A stretch of 63,643 bases of DNA, the filler included, from Hyphochytrium catenoides (lineage: Eukaryota; Protista; Hyphochytriomycota), in assembly GCA_900088475.1 (NCBI GenBank). It is 7 parts of 7 records of this genome, joined end to end, with 100 filler letters (N's around TTAATTAATTAA, not from the genome) between each part and the next. Parts side by side here need not be neighbours in the genome. Positions count along the whole stretch, not along the records: positions 26,826 to 39,590 come from FLMG01004108.1; positions 39,691 to 43,656 come from FLMG01003919.1; positions 43,757 to 51,683 come from FLMG01000283.1; 4 more parts are not named here. One strand, 5' to 3'. The notes beneath the pieces were generated by a model. The model was given only the letters and a program-made list of their open reading frames with translations, was not told the origin of the DNA and did not search any database. Position numbers and translations under genes: made by a program. Below are positions 34,145 through 46,186 of the stretch, one piece after another; position 1 is the first letter of the stretch, and every line of letters starts with the position of its first letter.

Positions 34145-36616
34145 TTAGCACTGGCGCTTATCGCTCTTCTCGATGCGAGAAGCCATCTTCTGCCCTGAAG
34201 GAGTCACTTTGCCCTTTCCATCCTTGTAATAGATAGTAAACTTGTCATAGTCAGGATAGAGCGTTCCTTCTCCATTTCCCGTGTCTCTCTCTTTGGCAGC
34301 AAGCATCCAAAACATCCAGAAGCCTTTCCCCTTGCAGACTTGGCTTGTAAAGCCATCCAGGAAGGTCTCTCTCTCTTCCTCGAGAGACGACTTGGTCGTA
34401 TCCTCTCCTCCTCTCCTCATCCAACCAAACTCTTCAAAAAGAACAGGCTTATCCAATCTTTGGCCAATCTTCAGATGATCTTCCACCCAGCCAGAGATCC
34501 ACGCTGCATCGCGCTGCCAGTTATTTGGATACGTGTGAACCGTAGCAAAGTCCACAGAAGAGAGAGAGACAAGGGCCTCGTGGTCTCCTTCTCTCCCGTC
34601 GTAGCCCCACTCATTTCTCTCTTTGGAGTGCAAGAAACCTTCATCTCCTACGCCGACAAGGTGGTTGGCGTCCAAACTATGGACAAACGCTGCCATCTCT
34701 TCCACCCACTTGGTCGTCTTCTCTGTAGTACAGACCGCGGAAGAAGAGGAAGATGAAGAAGAAGAAGAAGAAGAAGAGACAACAGGAGAAGAGAGAGAGC
34801 GGAACGACGAAGAGGAAGAAGATGCAGATGCCACTGCAGCAGGAGCCACAGGTCGCGCCTTCTTGCAGTCTTTACAATGAGGACACGTTCCTATCTCCAC
34901 ACAGCCTTGGCAGCGGATCTCATTGATCAGTTCCCAGCCAAAGATAGCTGGCTCGTCCTTATATCTGACATTTGTTAGAGGATTGACGCGGTTGAGAAGG
35001 AAAGAGACCCACTTCTTATACTCTTCTCTCGTCTTCTCCGAAGAGAAGAAGTCATCATGGAAAGAGGCGTTATGCCATAGATTATACTGTGCCGCACCGC
35101 CATACTCTCCCCAGTTGTTGGTGAGGACAAGAAGAAGACGCAGTCCTCTCTCTTTCGCGGCCTTGACAGCATAATCGAGGCGTTGGATGCCGTTCTCTCC
35201 CTCGTTAACCTTAGAAGAGCCTGTCTTCTCATCCCAGTATTGGAAGAAGCTCTCTCTCTCTCCCTCAGGGTTAACAGATGGGACGAAGCCTCTTCTTCTG
35301 TCTCTCGCTTCTTCTTTCTCTCTTCCTATTGTCAGACTGCCTATGGCGTTGAAGGCCCAAGCTCTGATGACTTTGACGCCCATCTGAGCCGCGTTTTCTA
35401 AGAGATCATCAGCCATAAACTTGTCTTTGGTCGTGAGATAGTAGTTGTTTGTCCCTGAGAAAGAGAAGAGACTCTCTCCCAGGTAGAAGTCTCTCCCCTT
35501 GCGAGTGACAAAGGGAGAAGAAGGGACAGAAGGGGGAGAAGATGATGATGGAGGTGTTGTCTGTGGAGAAGAAGGGGATGGAGGAGAGAGAGAAGGAGAG
35601 ACTGTGGTCGTGGGAGGAGAGGATGAAGAAGGAGAGGGAGAAGAAGGAGAAGATGTTGGCGTCTTCTGCGAGGTGGGCGTTGAAGGGAGAGAAGAAGGAA
35701 GAGGTTGCACCTTGGTCGGGACAGGAGAGACACTCGGAGATGCAGGCGCTGTGGGAGAGAGAGAGGGAGAAGCAGAAGAGGGAGAGAGAGAGGGAGAAGG
35801 AGAAGAGGGACGACCCGGAGTAGTGGTGGTAGGAGGTTGAGAGGACGGGAGAGGAGAGAGAGTAGGGATGCTGTCCGGAGGAGAGGATGAGGAAGGACTC
35901 ACAGGACAAGGGCCTAGCGTTGGGGGAGAGAGAGAGGGAGAGACGCTGCTGGTGGGAGAAGGAGAGGGAGAGGGAAAGAGAGATGCTGGTCTACACTGGG
36001 AGTACCACTGATTCCACGGGTGACAGAAGCCGCCACCCTCACAGCAGAAAGGACCAGAAAAGTTTTCCCCTCCACATTGGTCATACATCCTCGCACAGCG
36101 GGAAGAAGGAGAGGAAGAGGGAGAGAGAGAAGGAGAAGAAGAGGGAGAGAGAGAAGAAGAAGGTCTGCACTGAGAGTACCACTGGTTCCAAGCATGGCAT
36201 TCAGCGTTGGGCTGACAGCAGAGAGGCCCAGAGAAGTTCTCTCCTCCGCACTGGTCCCACAGCTTTGCGCAGCCTTGGTCGTTCTCCTCCTTTTTCTTCT
36301 CGTCTTTCTCTCCTCTCGTCTTGTCCTCTTCTCTCTCTCTTTTCTCTCCCTCAGGACGGCATTGGGAGTACCATTGGTCCTGGTAGCGGCAGAAAGTTCC
36401 AGTCTCGCAGCAGGCAGGGCCCCGATGGTACTCTCCACCGCACTGTTCCCATAGCTTTGCACAGGAAGACGACGACGAAGAAGAAGACACAGCAGCCACC
36501 GAGGAGGAGAGAGAGAGAGAAGAGAGAGAGAAGAGCAGCAGCGCCAGTGACAATCTAACAGCGCTTGCCGAGAGAGAGGAAGAGAGAGAAGAGACTTGAG
36601 GGAATGTTGGCTTCAT
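34145..36616 (-). CDS. Secreted GH5 endo-beta-1,4-mannanase (subfamily 7-like) with three N-terminal CBM1 modules and Ser/Pro linker, single exon
   Basis: Three copies of C..LW.QCGG....GP.CC.....C...NQWYSQC; GH5 motifs GTNNYY, RAWAF, RLDY, NNW..YGG, YKDEPAIFGWELINE (acid/base), H.YP..W, PVLFEEFG (nucleophile). Confidence 0.93.
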   Translation of the reverse strand: MKPTFPQVSSLSSSLSASAVRLSLALLLFSLSSLSLSSSVAAVSSSSSSSSCAKLWEQCGGEYHRGPACCETGTFCRYQDQWYSQCRPEGEKREREEDKTRGEKDEKKKEENDQGCAKLWDQCGGENFSGPLCCQPNAECHAWNQWYSQCRPSSSLSPSSSPSLSPSSSPSSRCARMYDQCGGENFSGPFCCEGGGFCHPWNQWYSQCRPASLFPSPSPSPTSSVSPSLSPPTLGPCPVSPSSSSPPDSIPTLSPLPSSQPPTTTTPGRPSSPSPSLSPSSASPSLSPTAPASPSVSPVPTKVQPLPSSLPSTPTSQKTPTSSPSSPSPSSSSPPTTTVSPSLSPPSPSSPQTTPPSSSSPPSVPSSPFVTRKGRDFYLGESLFSFSGTNNYYLTTKDKFMADDLLENAAQMGVKVIRAWAFNAIGSLTIGREKEEARDRRRGFVPSVNPEGERESFFQYWDEKTGSSKVNEGENGIQRLDYAVKAAKERGLRLLLVLTNNWGEYGGAAQYNLWHNASFHDDFFSSEKTREEYKKWVSFLLNRVNPLTNVRYKDEPAIFGWELINEIRCQGCVEIGTCPHCKDCKKARPVAPAAVASASSSSSSFRSLSSPVVSSSSSSSSSSSSSAVCTTEKTTKWVEEMAAFVHSLDANHLVGVGDEGFLHSKERNEWGYDGREGDHEALVSLSSVDFATVHTYPNNWQRDAAWISGWVEDHLKIGQRLDKPVLFEEFGWMRRGGEDTTKSSLEEERETFLDGFTSQVCKGKGFWMFWMLAAKERDTGNGEGTLYPDYDKFTIYYKDGKGKVTPSGQKMASRIEKSDKRQC

Positions 36617-36979
36617 TGTGGGGAGATCTGGCGTTTATGGGTTCAAAGTTGGAGAGAGGGAGAGAAAGAGAGACAAGTAATGTTTTCTCTCTTCTCTCTC
36701 TGTGTCGCGAGATGAGAAGAGACGAAAAGGAAGAAGGCTCTCTCTTCCTATTCTAGAGAGAATAGACCGAGAGAAGAAGAGAGAGAGAGGAGTAGCTTCT
36801 TATCTCTTCCGCTGCTCTGGTTGGTTGGCTGTCCTCTAGGGAGAAAGTTGCTGAATGAGCGTCCATCAAAAGTGAGCAGGAGAAGATACGAATCTTCCTC
36901 ATGATAGGCCTCACTTTCCCTGACTCTCCTCCCAACCTTCCCTCTCTTTCATCTCTCACTTCCTGACTTCCTTTGTCTC

Positions 36980-38829
36980 CTTTCTCTCTCTCTCTCTCTC
37001 CCTATCTGTCTCTCTCTCCCTCTTTCGGTCTCTCTTATTCAAAAGAGAGTTATTGAAGGGCATCTTCCTCTCCCAGGGGAAGAGCAACAGGGTGGAACAG
37101 AGCGAGAGCGAGAAGAAGAGAGAGAGAGAGGCAGAGAGAGAGAGAGAGAGAGAGGAATGTGGCTCAGAGAAAGGAAACTACGAGAGTCAAGAGGGAGAGG
37201 GAAGAGAGAGGAGAGAGAGAATAGGTACAGGTAAAGAGACGGAAGGATAAAAAGATCCGTTGGACCTCGCTCGTCGTCGATCTTCCGTCGTAGGATCTTT
37301 CCCTTCTCCCCCCATCTTCTTCTTCTTTGGCCGCACCAAAAGTGGCAGCCGTGGCGACAACTTCCTGCTGCAAAGAAGAGAGACCGTGAGACAAAGGATG
37401 AGGAAGAGACATAAGACGAGTTCTGCTCTCTCTCTCTCTCTCTTCCTCTCTCTGTTCTCCCTTGGTGTCCACAACCTCCGGCTGGTGGTCTTGCTACTTA
37501 GCAGTCGCGCTGCTCACGATGGCGCTACTCAGCACGACTGCGAGGCGTGGAAGGTGGAAAGAGAGAAAGGAAGGAATTGATGGTGACCCGCTGTATCATC
37601 TCCTCTTGCGCCTCTTTCTCTCTCTCTTTTCTTCCCTCCTCTCCTTTCCTCCCTCCCTGCTGCCTATCTTCCCTCCCTNNNNNNNNNNNNNNNTCTCTCT
37701 CTCTCTCTCTCTCTCTCGCTCTCTCTCTTCTTTGATTGTTGAGTGCTGTTCATCCCTGTCCCACTGTCTCTACTGGTCGTGCCGTGCCTTCTTCTGAGTA
37801 GGGTCGACGACGGTAGGGGCTGCACGGCTTTTATCGAAACGCCAGCCACATATATATATATAGAGAGAGAGAGGACGAGAAAGAGAGAGAAAGCAAAAAA
37901 GACAGAGAGCGAGAGAGAAGAGCGAACAGGGAGGACAACAGGTTGAAGCAAGAGAGAGAGGAAGAGCGCCAGTGGGAAGCCTGCGGGAAAAGAGAAGTCA
38001 AGAGATAGTAGGAGAGCCAACAGCAGCAGATGGAGCAGGAGCGGGATAAATCCAACTTAGAGAGGAGAGAGAGACAGAGAGAGAGAGAGAGAAGAAAAGA
38101 GCGGGAAGAGGGAGAGAGTGAGCAAGGCGAGGGAGTATGACCCGCCGCGAGGTGCAGAGAGAGCCAGAACAGGCATCGAAGACCAGAAGAGAAGGGAAGA
38201 GAGTTGTCAAGGAAGGGAAGACAACCTTAGACCGATTATCGTAAGCGCGAGAGCAGGGAAGACAGGAGAGAAGAGAAAGGAAGAAGAGAGCGCGCATAGA
38301 GAAGTTCAGAGAGAGGGGATGGCGAAAGAGACAGACCGAGAGACAGGAGGAGGAGAGAGAGAGAGAGAGAAGAGATGGAACTGTCCGTAAAAAACGCACC
38401 ACGAGATCATGGGGCGGACACGGACTGAGGGAGGAGAGAGAGGGAGAGAAAGGAGAGAGAGAAAGAGAAAGCGGGAGAGAGTGCGGGGAGAGGGAGAGAG
38501 AGAGAAAGAAGAGACTAGTTAGAAGGTTCCCAACAACGAGGAAAGAAAGAGAGAAACGCAAGAGAGAAGGTCGAAAACAGTGAGAAGAAGAGAGACGATC
38601 AAACTTTCACCGCCTCCTTACCACCATCGCACTCTCTCTCTCTCTTCTCAAGACAAGAGAAAAGATAATAAGAAGAGAGAGAGATCTCCTCCTCGCGAGA
38701 GGGGTAAGAGAAGTCACTTTTTAGCTGAAGAAAGAGGGACTTGGGGAGCGGCTGTGCGGGTGACGACGAAGAGACACAGAAGAAGAGAAGAGAGGACACA
38801 TGAAATAACGAGAAACAGATAGATAGATC

Positions 38830-38880
<51 letters not shown>

Positions 38881-39590
38881 AAAACGAGAGTGCGCAACCA
38901 CCACCAAATCGCAGGGCAGACAACGGACAGTTTGCATGACGCATCATAGAAGACCACGCCCGCCTGCAGGGGGAGGACAAAGCAGCAACAGGCAGCAGCA
39001 GCAGAACACAGAAGAAGAAGAGAGAAAAGAAGAGAAAACAGCAGCAGGGCACACTCTTCCTTATCATCTTTCTCTTCTTCTCCTTCTTCTTCCCTTCTTC
39101 CAGCACTTCTCCCATCATCAACACCGCAGCACAACTTCTTCTCTCTCCACTTTTTCTCTCTTCTCTCCTCTCCGCCGTCCATCTGCTGTTTCTTGTCCTG
39201 TTGCCGTGCGATTATCTCTCTTCTTCCTCGTCTTCTTCTTTCTTTCTTTTTTCTCTTTCTTCTGCTACTGTCTGTTTAACCTGCTGGACTCTTTTGCTTC
39301 TCCTTTCCTCCTCTTCTCTTCTTCCTGTGTTGTCTTCTTCTCCACCTTTTTCTTTTCGTATCTCCTCTTGTTGTCATGCTCCCTCCTCTTCTCGTCTCGT
39401 CATTTAACTCTTCTCTCTGCCTCTCTCTCTCTCTGCCTCTCTCTCTCTCTGCCTCTCTCTCTCTCTGCCTCTCTGTCTCTCCCTTGATATTACTTTGTCT
39501 TGCTCTCTTCTCTCTCTTCCCTCCCTTTTTTATAAAACCTCTTTCCCCCATTCTCTTTTTCTCTTTCCCCCGTTTCCTTCTCTGCTCTCT
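36980..39590. repeat. Mixed (AG)n/(CT)n low-complexity region
   Basis: Alternating purine and pyrimidine microsatellite blocks; no credible exon found. Confidence 0.85.
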
Positions 39591-39690
39591 NNNNNNNNNN
39601 NNNNNNNNNNNNNNNNNNNNNNNNNNNNNNNNNNTTAATTAATTAANNNNNNNNNNNNNNNNNNNNNNNNNNNNNNNNNNNNNNNNNNNN
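39591..39690. other. Artificial scaffold spacer
   Basis: N44-TTAATTAATTAA-N44. Confidence 0.97.
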
Positions 39691-39739
39691 AACCCTAACC
39701 CTAACCCTAACCCTAACCCTAACCCTAACCTAACCCTAA
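39691..39739 (-). repeat. Telomeric repeat (CCCTAA)n = (TTAGGG)n at scaffold start
   Basis: About 8 near-perfect CCCTAA units at the very start of a scaffold, in the orientation expected for a left chromosome end. Confidence 0.92.
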
Positions 39740-40640
39740 GCCCTAACTCGCTGCCCTATCCCTAACCCTATCCCTAACCCTATCCCTAAGCCGTTGCCCT
39801 ATCCCTAACCTGTTGCCCTAACCAGCTGCTCTAACCATCTGCCCCAACCCGCTGCCCTAATTCACTGCGCTAACCCGCTGTTCCAACCCGCTCCCTGTCC
39901 CTAAGCCTTTCCAGATCTTATTCTACCCCGCTGTCCCATCCCAACCCGCTGCCTTAATCCGCTTCCCCAACCCGCTGTACCCGCTCTCTATCCGCAACCC
40001 TTTCTTTATCTGATTCTTACCGGCTGTCCCATCCCTAACCCTAAGCATTAATCGCTGCCCTAACCCGCTGTCCTAACCCGCTCCCTATCCCCAACCCACT
40101 CCCTATCCCCAAGCCTAACCCTAACCCTATCTTATTCTAACCGCTGTTTCCTCCCTAATTGGCTGCTTTGCCCCTAGCCCACTGCCCTTTCTTACCCGGT
40201 AGCTAACACGCTGCCCGTTCTATTTATCCGTTACTCTTTTTCCGACCCGCTGCCCTTTCTTACCCTCCCTATTCTGCTCGCCATCACTAACCCTAACCCG
40301 TTTACCAGCCTACTGCTCGGTCCCATCTTCGCTGGCCTTTTCCTAACCCGCTGTCCTGTTCGGAACCCGCTGCTTTTTCTACCCGTTCCTTAATCCGCTA
40401 ATTGTACAGCTCACTAAGCCGCTCATTAACCGCAAACCCGCTCCAACCCGCTAACTATCCCCTCTCTTATTACGAACAACTGATCCCGCTGTTTTCTCTA
40501 ACGCGCTGCTCTTTCCCTTCCCCGATGCCCGTTTTCTAACTAGCTGCCCTCTGCCTAACTCCTCAGCCCTAACCAGCTGCCCTTACCGCTGTCCAGCCCT
40601 GATGCTTCCTATTATATTCCGGCCCCCCAATAGGGTTAGT
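39740..40640. repeat. Degenerate subtelomeric satellite built from CCCTAA, CCCTAT and CCCGCTG units
   Basis: Recurrent CCCTAACCCGCTG-like 13-mers, increasingly degenerate inward. Confidence 0.85.
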
Positions 40641-41553
40641 CTGTTTCTCAAGTACGGGTCAATTGGATTTATCGGAGCTCTCCTCCGAAGAGAGTCTAGT
40701 TAGAGATACAAGCTTCCAGCAAGTCTAAGTCGACAAACAGATTTGTCTGCACAGCACAGTGACTGTTGACAAATCTCCCTTCAGACTGAGAGAGTCCGGG
40801 TATGTCCATAAGAGACGCAGAGGTGACCCTAGCGTAATGCTTCCTATGCCAGAGTCGAGTAGTCACCCGTTGATAGACACATAGAGTGTTCCCTGACCTC
40901 ACTTGACTAAGGGCCTTGAGGGTAGGTAGGCAACAGCGTCTCTCCTGATCCGTTACAAGTTGACCAGTGACATCTCCATAGTAACCTCTGTACGTGACCT
41001 GTAGCCACTAAGCTACAAACCCCCCTTCGCGTCAGAGGTCTCCCAGTTTGAATGCATCACAATGTCGGGGATGATTGACCGGGTGTAGTATGAGAAACTG
41101 ATGCAGATCTCAAGAGTGTGAGAAAGAGAAGGTGCTCTGTCTGTACCTTGGCTGGCCAGGCCTCAGTTCAGACAAGCACCACGCAGAGGAAGACTTCGCG
41201 GGAATATCCACGCAAGTAGCAAAGGGTCTTCTACTTCAGAAAGAAGTTTATTTACTGAGATATAGAGGGTAAGAGGGAATCTCCCTTGCGAGAGGGTCAG
41301 TCTACCTGAGAATGCAAAGATAAAAGAGCAACATGCAAGAGAAGTAAAGTCAACAGGCTATCCTAATAACATGCAAAGAGAAAGAGGGGAGAAAGGGAAA
41401 AGGGAGAGTGCATCCTTCGTCAGAGCCATTCGTTGATTACTCTAGTCGGGACTACCCGTCCTGATAGTGCTCTCAAAGAGAAGAGGTCCCCCATCCCATA
41501 CACCGGTCGCGTCCAGAGCGATAGCAGCCGTCTGAGGAGATGTACATATAACA

Positions 41554-42056
41554 CCGGGGCAATGCCCTCGTCAACATGTGTCAGCTATCAACTCTTCCGT
41601 GCGGCAGTAGAGAAGTTGAACCAATTCAGATTGAACACACTCACGCACAAAGTGATATCTCACATCACGATGCATAGTCCGCCTCTTGTGGCTCTCTCTC
41701 TCCTCCTTAGCTGGAGAAGTAGTGCCTTGATTGTCCTCGTGAAGGACTAGAGGAGAGCCCTGACCAACTCCGAGAGCTTTCGCACCTTACTGCAGCCAAA
41801 GGAGTTCCCTTGTAGCCTCACTGGCCCCAACATATTCGGCTTCTGTACTGGAAAGAGCACAGACTTCTGCCTTTTAGATGCCCACATCTCTGCATTTCCG
41901 GCTAGTAAGAAGACGAATCCATAGGTAGACTTCCGTCCATCCAGATCTCCTGCCCAGTCGGCATCTGTGTACCCGCAAACAGCTTCAGGGCTATCACCTG
42001 TGAAGGTTGAACGATATTTTTCGGTACACTTGAGATATCTAAGGATCCATTGACTG
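41554..42056 (-). mobile_element. Ty1/Copia retrotransposon relic (RT C-terminus and RNase H), with frameshifts and an in-frame stop
   Basis: WILRYLKCT...GYTDADWAGDLDGRKSTYGFVF...WASKRQKSV/LSSTEAEY...EDNQG...HRDVRYHFVRE...IAD/MLTRAL. Confidence 0.93.
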
Positions 42057-43656
42057 TTTTGCTCTGTCCTACACGCCTTTCACTACTCGTACTTTAGTAT
42101 GTCACCTTGTTGTCCCTCACTCCTACTTCTACCTCTGCCACAGGCAAAGAGAAAATGAGCATGCCCCGTGCTTTGGTGTAGCAAGGGAGAAACGATGACA
42201 GACCCCATTTTTTTCCTTTGTTCCTTCTTCCACTCTTCCATACCTTTATATTCGTGTACTCATGCATCCTCTGTCTCCCTTCGCTTTCTGTGTAACGTCC
42301 CTCCCGGTGACAAGCGCCAGGCACCTGGGCCGAGATGACTGGAGGAAGAAGAGAGGGCAGATGGAGTTTCCCCTACTGAAAGGAATTTACCACTTTGGAA
42401 GGAGAAGAAATGGAGAAACAGAAGAGAGAAGCAGAAGAGGTAGCTGCATACGTCAAATATTGATTCTCTCTCTCTCTCTACTAAAGGGATTGATTTGTTT
42501 GCTAGAAAAAGATCTCATGATTCTCTTGACTCTCGCAACATTTCATTATTGGTAGAGGGACAAGAGGGGAAAGACATCAAGGAGCGGCGAAAGGGCGAGA
42601 AGAGCAGAGAAATAGAAAGGAAAGGAGAGGACATCCCCGGCTTCTCCTGAGTGTATCATTAGAATCAATACCCTGATGCTTTTCCTTCTAGTCGCTACCA
42701 CTTTCTTCCCTTACGCGTCTGTTGTTCTGCTTGCAGAAGGTCCGTAAGTTCAGGAATGTTCTCTATGTTGGATCTCCCGTACTTAAGACTCTGAATTAGT
42801 CCATGAAACTTTTTTCGCACCTCTTCATTATCAAAATAATGATAGTCGGAAGAACGTAACTATCGACGATGGATATTGCAAAATGAGATAAACAGTTTGC
42901 CACTTCAGACGTGAAGGGCACTGAGGGATGCTAGGACGTAGCACTAAGAACCTATACATTACACAGGAGAAAGAAAGAAAGATGTAGGGAAAGCCGCTGC
43001 AAAGAGAAACAATGAGATAAGAGGGGGATGTTGAGGTTGAGTAACATTCTGGGAGTTAGCGAGCGATAGAAACGCGGAGTCCAGATGAAGAAAAGAAGGC
43101 TGCTACTTTAAATCGGGCTAACAGACAGCGCAGACATGCAGAGGGAGGAGCGGTACGTAAACTGAAGATCTCACAATAGAAATGTAAGGATAAAGAGAGC
43201 GATTGTCTCCGAGGACCAAAAACAGGTAGAGAATGAGAGACTGAAGGAATGTAGAGGCGGGCAGGAGAAGGGTGATGCACGAAATGGAAAAATGAACAGC
43301 GGTAAAAGAAGGTGAACACAGGGCCATAATCATATTATAATATATATAAAGAGAGAGAGAGAAAGAGGAACAAGAGAGAGGAGAAAGAATGATGGACGAG
43401 AGAGGCCAGATAAAGCTAAGGAAAAGAAAGCGGTGACAAATAGAAGTTAGTGAAGCTATCTAAACGGTGATCATAGCTACGAGGAAAGAAGGACGGGGGA
43501 AAATAGGCTTAAGTAATTACAGGAATCCTGCCTGGAAAGGACGAGAGAGGTAGGGTTATCCTAGCCACTAAGACAAGTGAGGACACCAAGAGAAGGTTAT
43601 CAAGATATGTAGTATGTAAGAAGAGTGAGTCAATGGGTTTAGCTAAGTCTTCGCTT

Positions 43657-43756
43657 NNNNNNNNNNNNNNNNNNNNNNNNNNNNNNNNNNNNNNNNNNNN
43701 TTAATTAATTAANNNNNNNNNNNNNNNNNNNNNNNNNNNNNNNNNNNNNNNNNNNN
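43657..43756. other. Artificial scaffold spacer
   Basis: N44-TTAATTAATTAA-N44. Confidence 0.97.
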
Positions 43757-45651
43757 AAGATGCGTCTCATGCAGAGCCTACTTTGTCGCCTAGACTTCAA
43801 CAACTACTACCGCGGCAGCTAATATCGACGGATCGTGATGCCTAAGGCAAATGGACGATGCCACTCCCTTTACGGCTCTTGGCGTCGTTCCTCCAAAAGT
43901 GTCTTCTCCCTATCCGTTTTTGAGGCTTTGGCACTCTTCAGCAATTGCAATTTTGGAGCTGGGCATTGGCGAGAGGGATAGACACCACAAATAAAGGAGG
44001 AGAAAGGTGTTACTTAATGCCATCAAGACGCGGTGTAAAAGCCATCCCAGGCGCGGCAGGCTCCATTTGGTTCCTTTATTTTGTTACTATGGATCATGAG
44101 GGTCTTCCCATGAGGAACCGCATCATGCCCCTGACGCAGACTCATGGGCCACAGACCCTGTAAGTAATCATGTAGGGAGAACTAATGCGGTGACCATGCA
44201 AAGGAACAAACGGTCAGCATCAAATGTAGTGTGCTCTGGTTGTCAGCAGCCTGCGACTGGGGCGAGTGGTAGGTATGAGAATCGACAGAGAGATATAGGA
44301 AGATGGTTGACGTGCATCTCATTGCTAGAATGAAAGCACATCTCCAAGGACCTGATCCTTTACTATTTATTACCCTAACTTAGCGTAGCATATACAAACA
44401 GTGAAAAGTAAAAACCAATGACAGCCTGAAAGAAGAGGTTGCCTTCTCTGCTTAATCCACGTCCTCAAATAGCCTGAAGACGTAGATCAGAACCTTTGCT
44501 GCAAGTCTGGCGATTTCTCCAAGGTAAGAGCTGCCATCTGGTGCAGGGTTATCATTATTAGGACTATATTTAGAACAATTGAGATGGGCTTTTATTTTTT
44601 AAGGAGCACCCAATAAGAGTGACTAGAATACTACTGTTTGAAGAAGAAATGAAAAAATGTACTACGAACAAGAAGAGGAACAGGATCGAAAAGTAGTAGG
44701 CCAGAAGAGAAAAAAGAGGAAGGAAGAAGCAGCTCCATCATCACCCGGCCACTAAGGACCGCCGGGAAGGATTGACAGGAAACAGGAGCTGCGGGACACC
44801 GAGGAGGACGCGGAAAGACCAATTTTTCACCAGTAGTGCGAGAGAGAAAAAAATCTTAATTCTTTCTAGGACGACAAGAAAAGGAATTATAGAAAGCGCG
44901 GCAGCCGTCGCTTGAGGAGAATAAAGGAAGGCAGAAGAAGAAGAGAGCGAAGAAGAGTGGAGAGCAAGCAAGAACGGGCGGAGAAGCGACCAACGGGGAA
45001 ACAATCACTCGGGCCGCCTCCTCATCCAGAGCCATGGACATTTGCTTATTAATCAAACGGTGTCTCAACAGTGCACATCGCGCTCAGCTGTGCCGATGGA
45101 GCATGCTCTTCATCATCATCTATTGATAATAACATCAAACACAAACTGGACAGAAGAATCAGAAGAGTCAAAAGTGGTTTGATTATCATTCAATAGACCA
45201 CAGCTATCGCGAATACCAAGCCCCAAGTTTGCCGCAAAAATCGGCAATGATCCATGAAAGTCAGGAATTTCTCTTCGTACTTACTCCTTATCAATGCTGT
45301 GTACGGCTTGTACGCGTACAACACCTGAGCCACACACTTGATCTGATCAAGCATAATAGTACGACACATAATGCTTCGTCAAAGCGATAGGTCTATCACC
45401 ATGCAGTGAGAGGTATTGGGCAGTAGTAATACGGCAATACCTGGTACTTGAGGTAGCTACTGGGAACATAGAGCCTGTATATCTCTACTTGACTCTGACT
45501 CAATATTCTGTCACTCTGTCTGTTAAGTTGTGTGAGCCTTATATGCTCCTATGACCAGCTGTGATTCTGGCAGCTCCCCTTTCTCTCTCATACCTCAACT
45601 GCCTCTCGCACAATCTCTATCAACACTGTGATGTTCATTTCTTTCTGAGTC

Positions 45652-45699
<48 letters not shown>

Positions 45700-46186
45700 C
45701 ATCTCTCTCTCTCTTCTTCCTTCTCTACTTCCCCGCTGTTACTTTTCTGTCTCTCTCTTGATTCAGTGGAACCGGCCGACACAGTGCCATCACTCGAAAG
45801 TCTGCCGCCGATCAGATCAGAATCCAACATCATCTCAGACTCCAGAGCGCGCTGGAGACAGCAGCAGACAGAGTTCGACAGTGGGCCCAGGTTGTAGCTG
45901 ATCATTAGACGATCGCCGATAGCAGCGCTAGAAGCACCGTAGAAAGAGAGTCTGGACTTCTAAAAGTGCTACGGAGAAGGTCAAGCCTTGAATGCTTGGA
46001 AGGACCTTGACATCGGGACTCTTACAAGCTTCTCTCTCGGTGGAACTATGACCCAGAGCCCAGGCGCTAGAAAGCTCTCGCGTGGCTAAGAGCTTGGACG
46101 CGGTGGCACGGCCTCTAACTTGAGCTCCTTGACAATCAGCGAGAGACCCCCGAGAGTGAGATCTGAGGCCATTGAGTCCTGACGAG

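Noticed and set aside
32726-40640. Secreted-protein genes appearing subtelomeric
   Set aside because: An artificial spacer at 39591-39690 separates them, and the telomere orientation belongs to the next scaffold.
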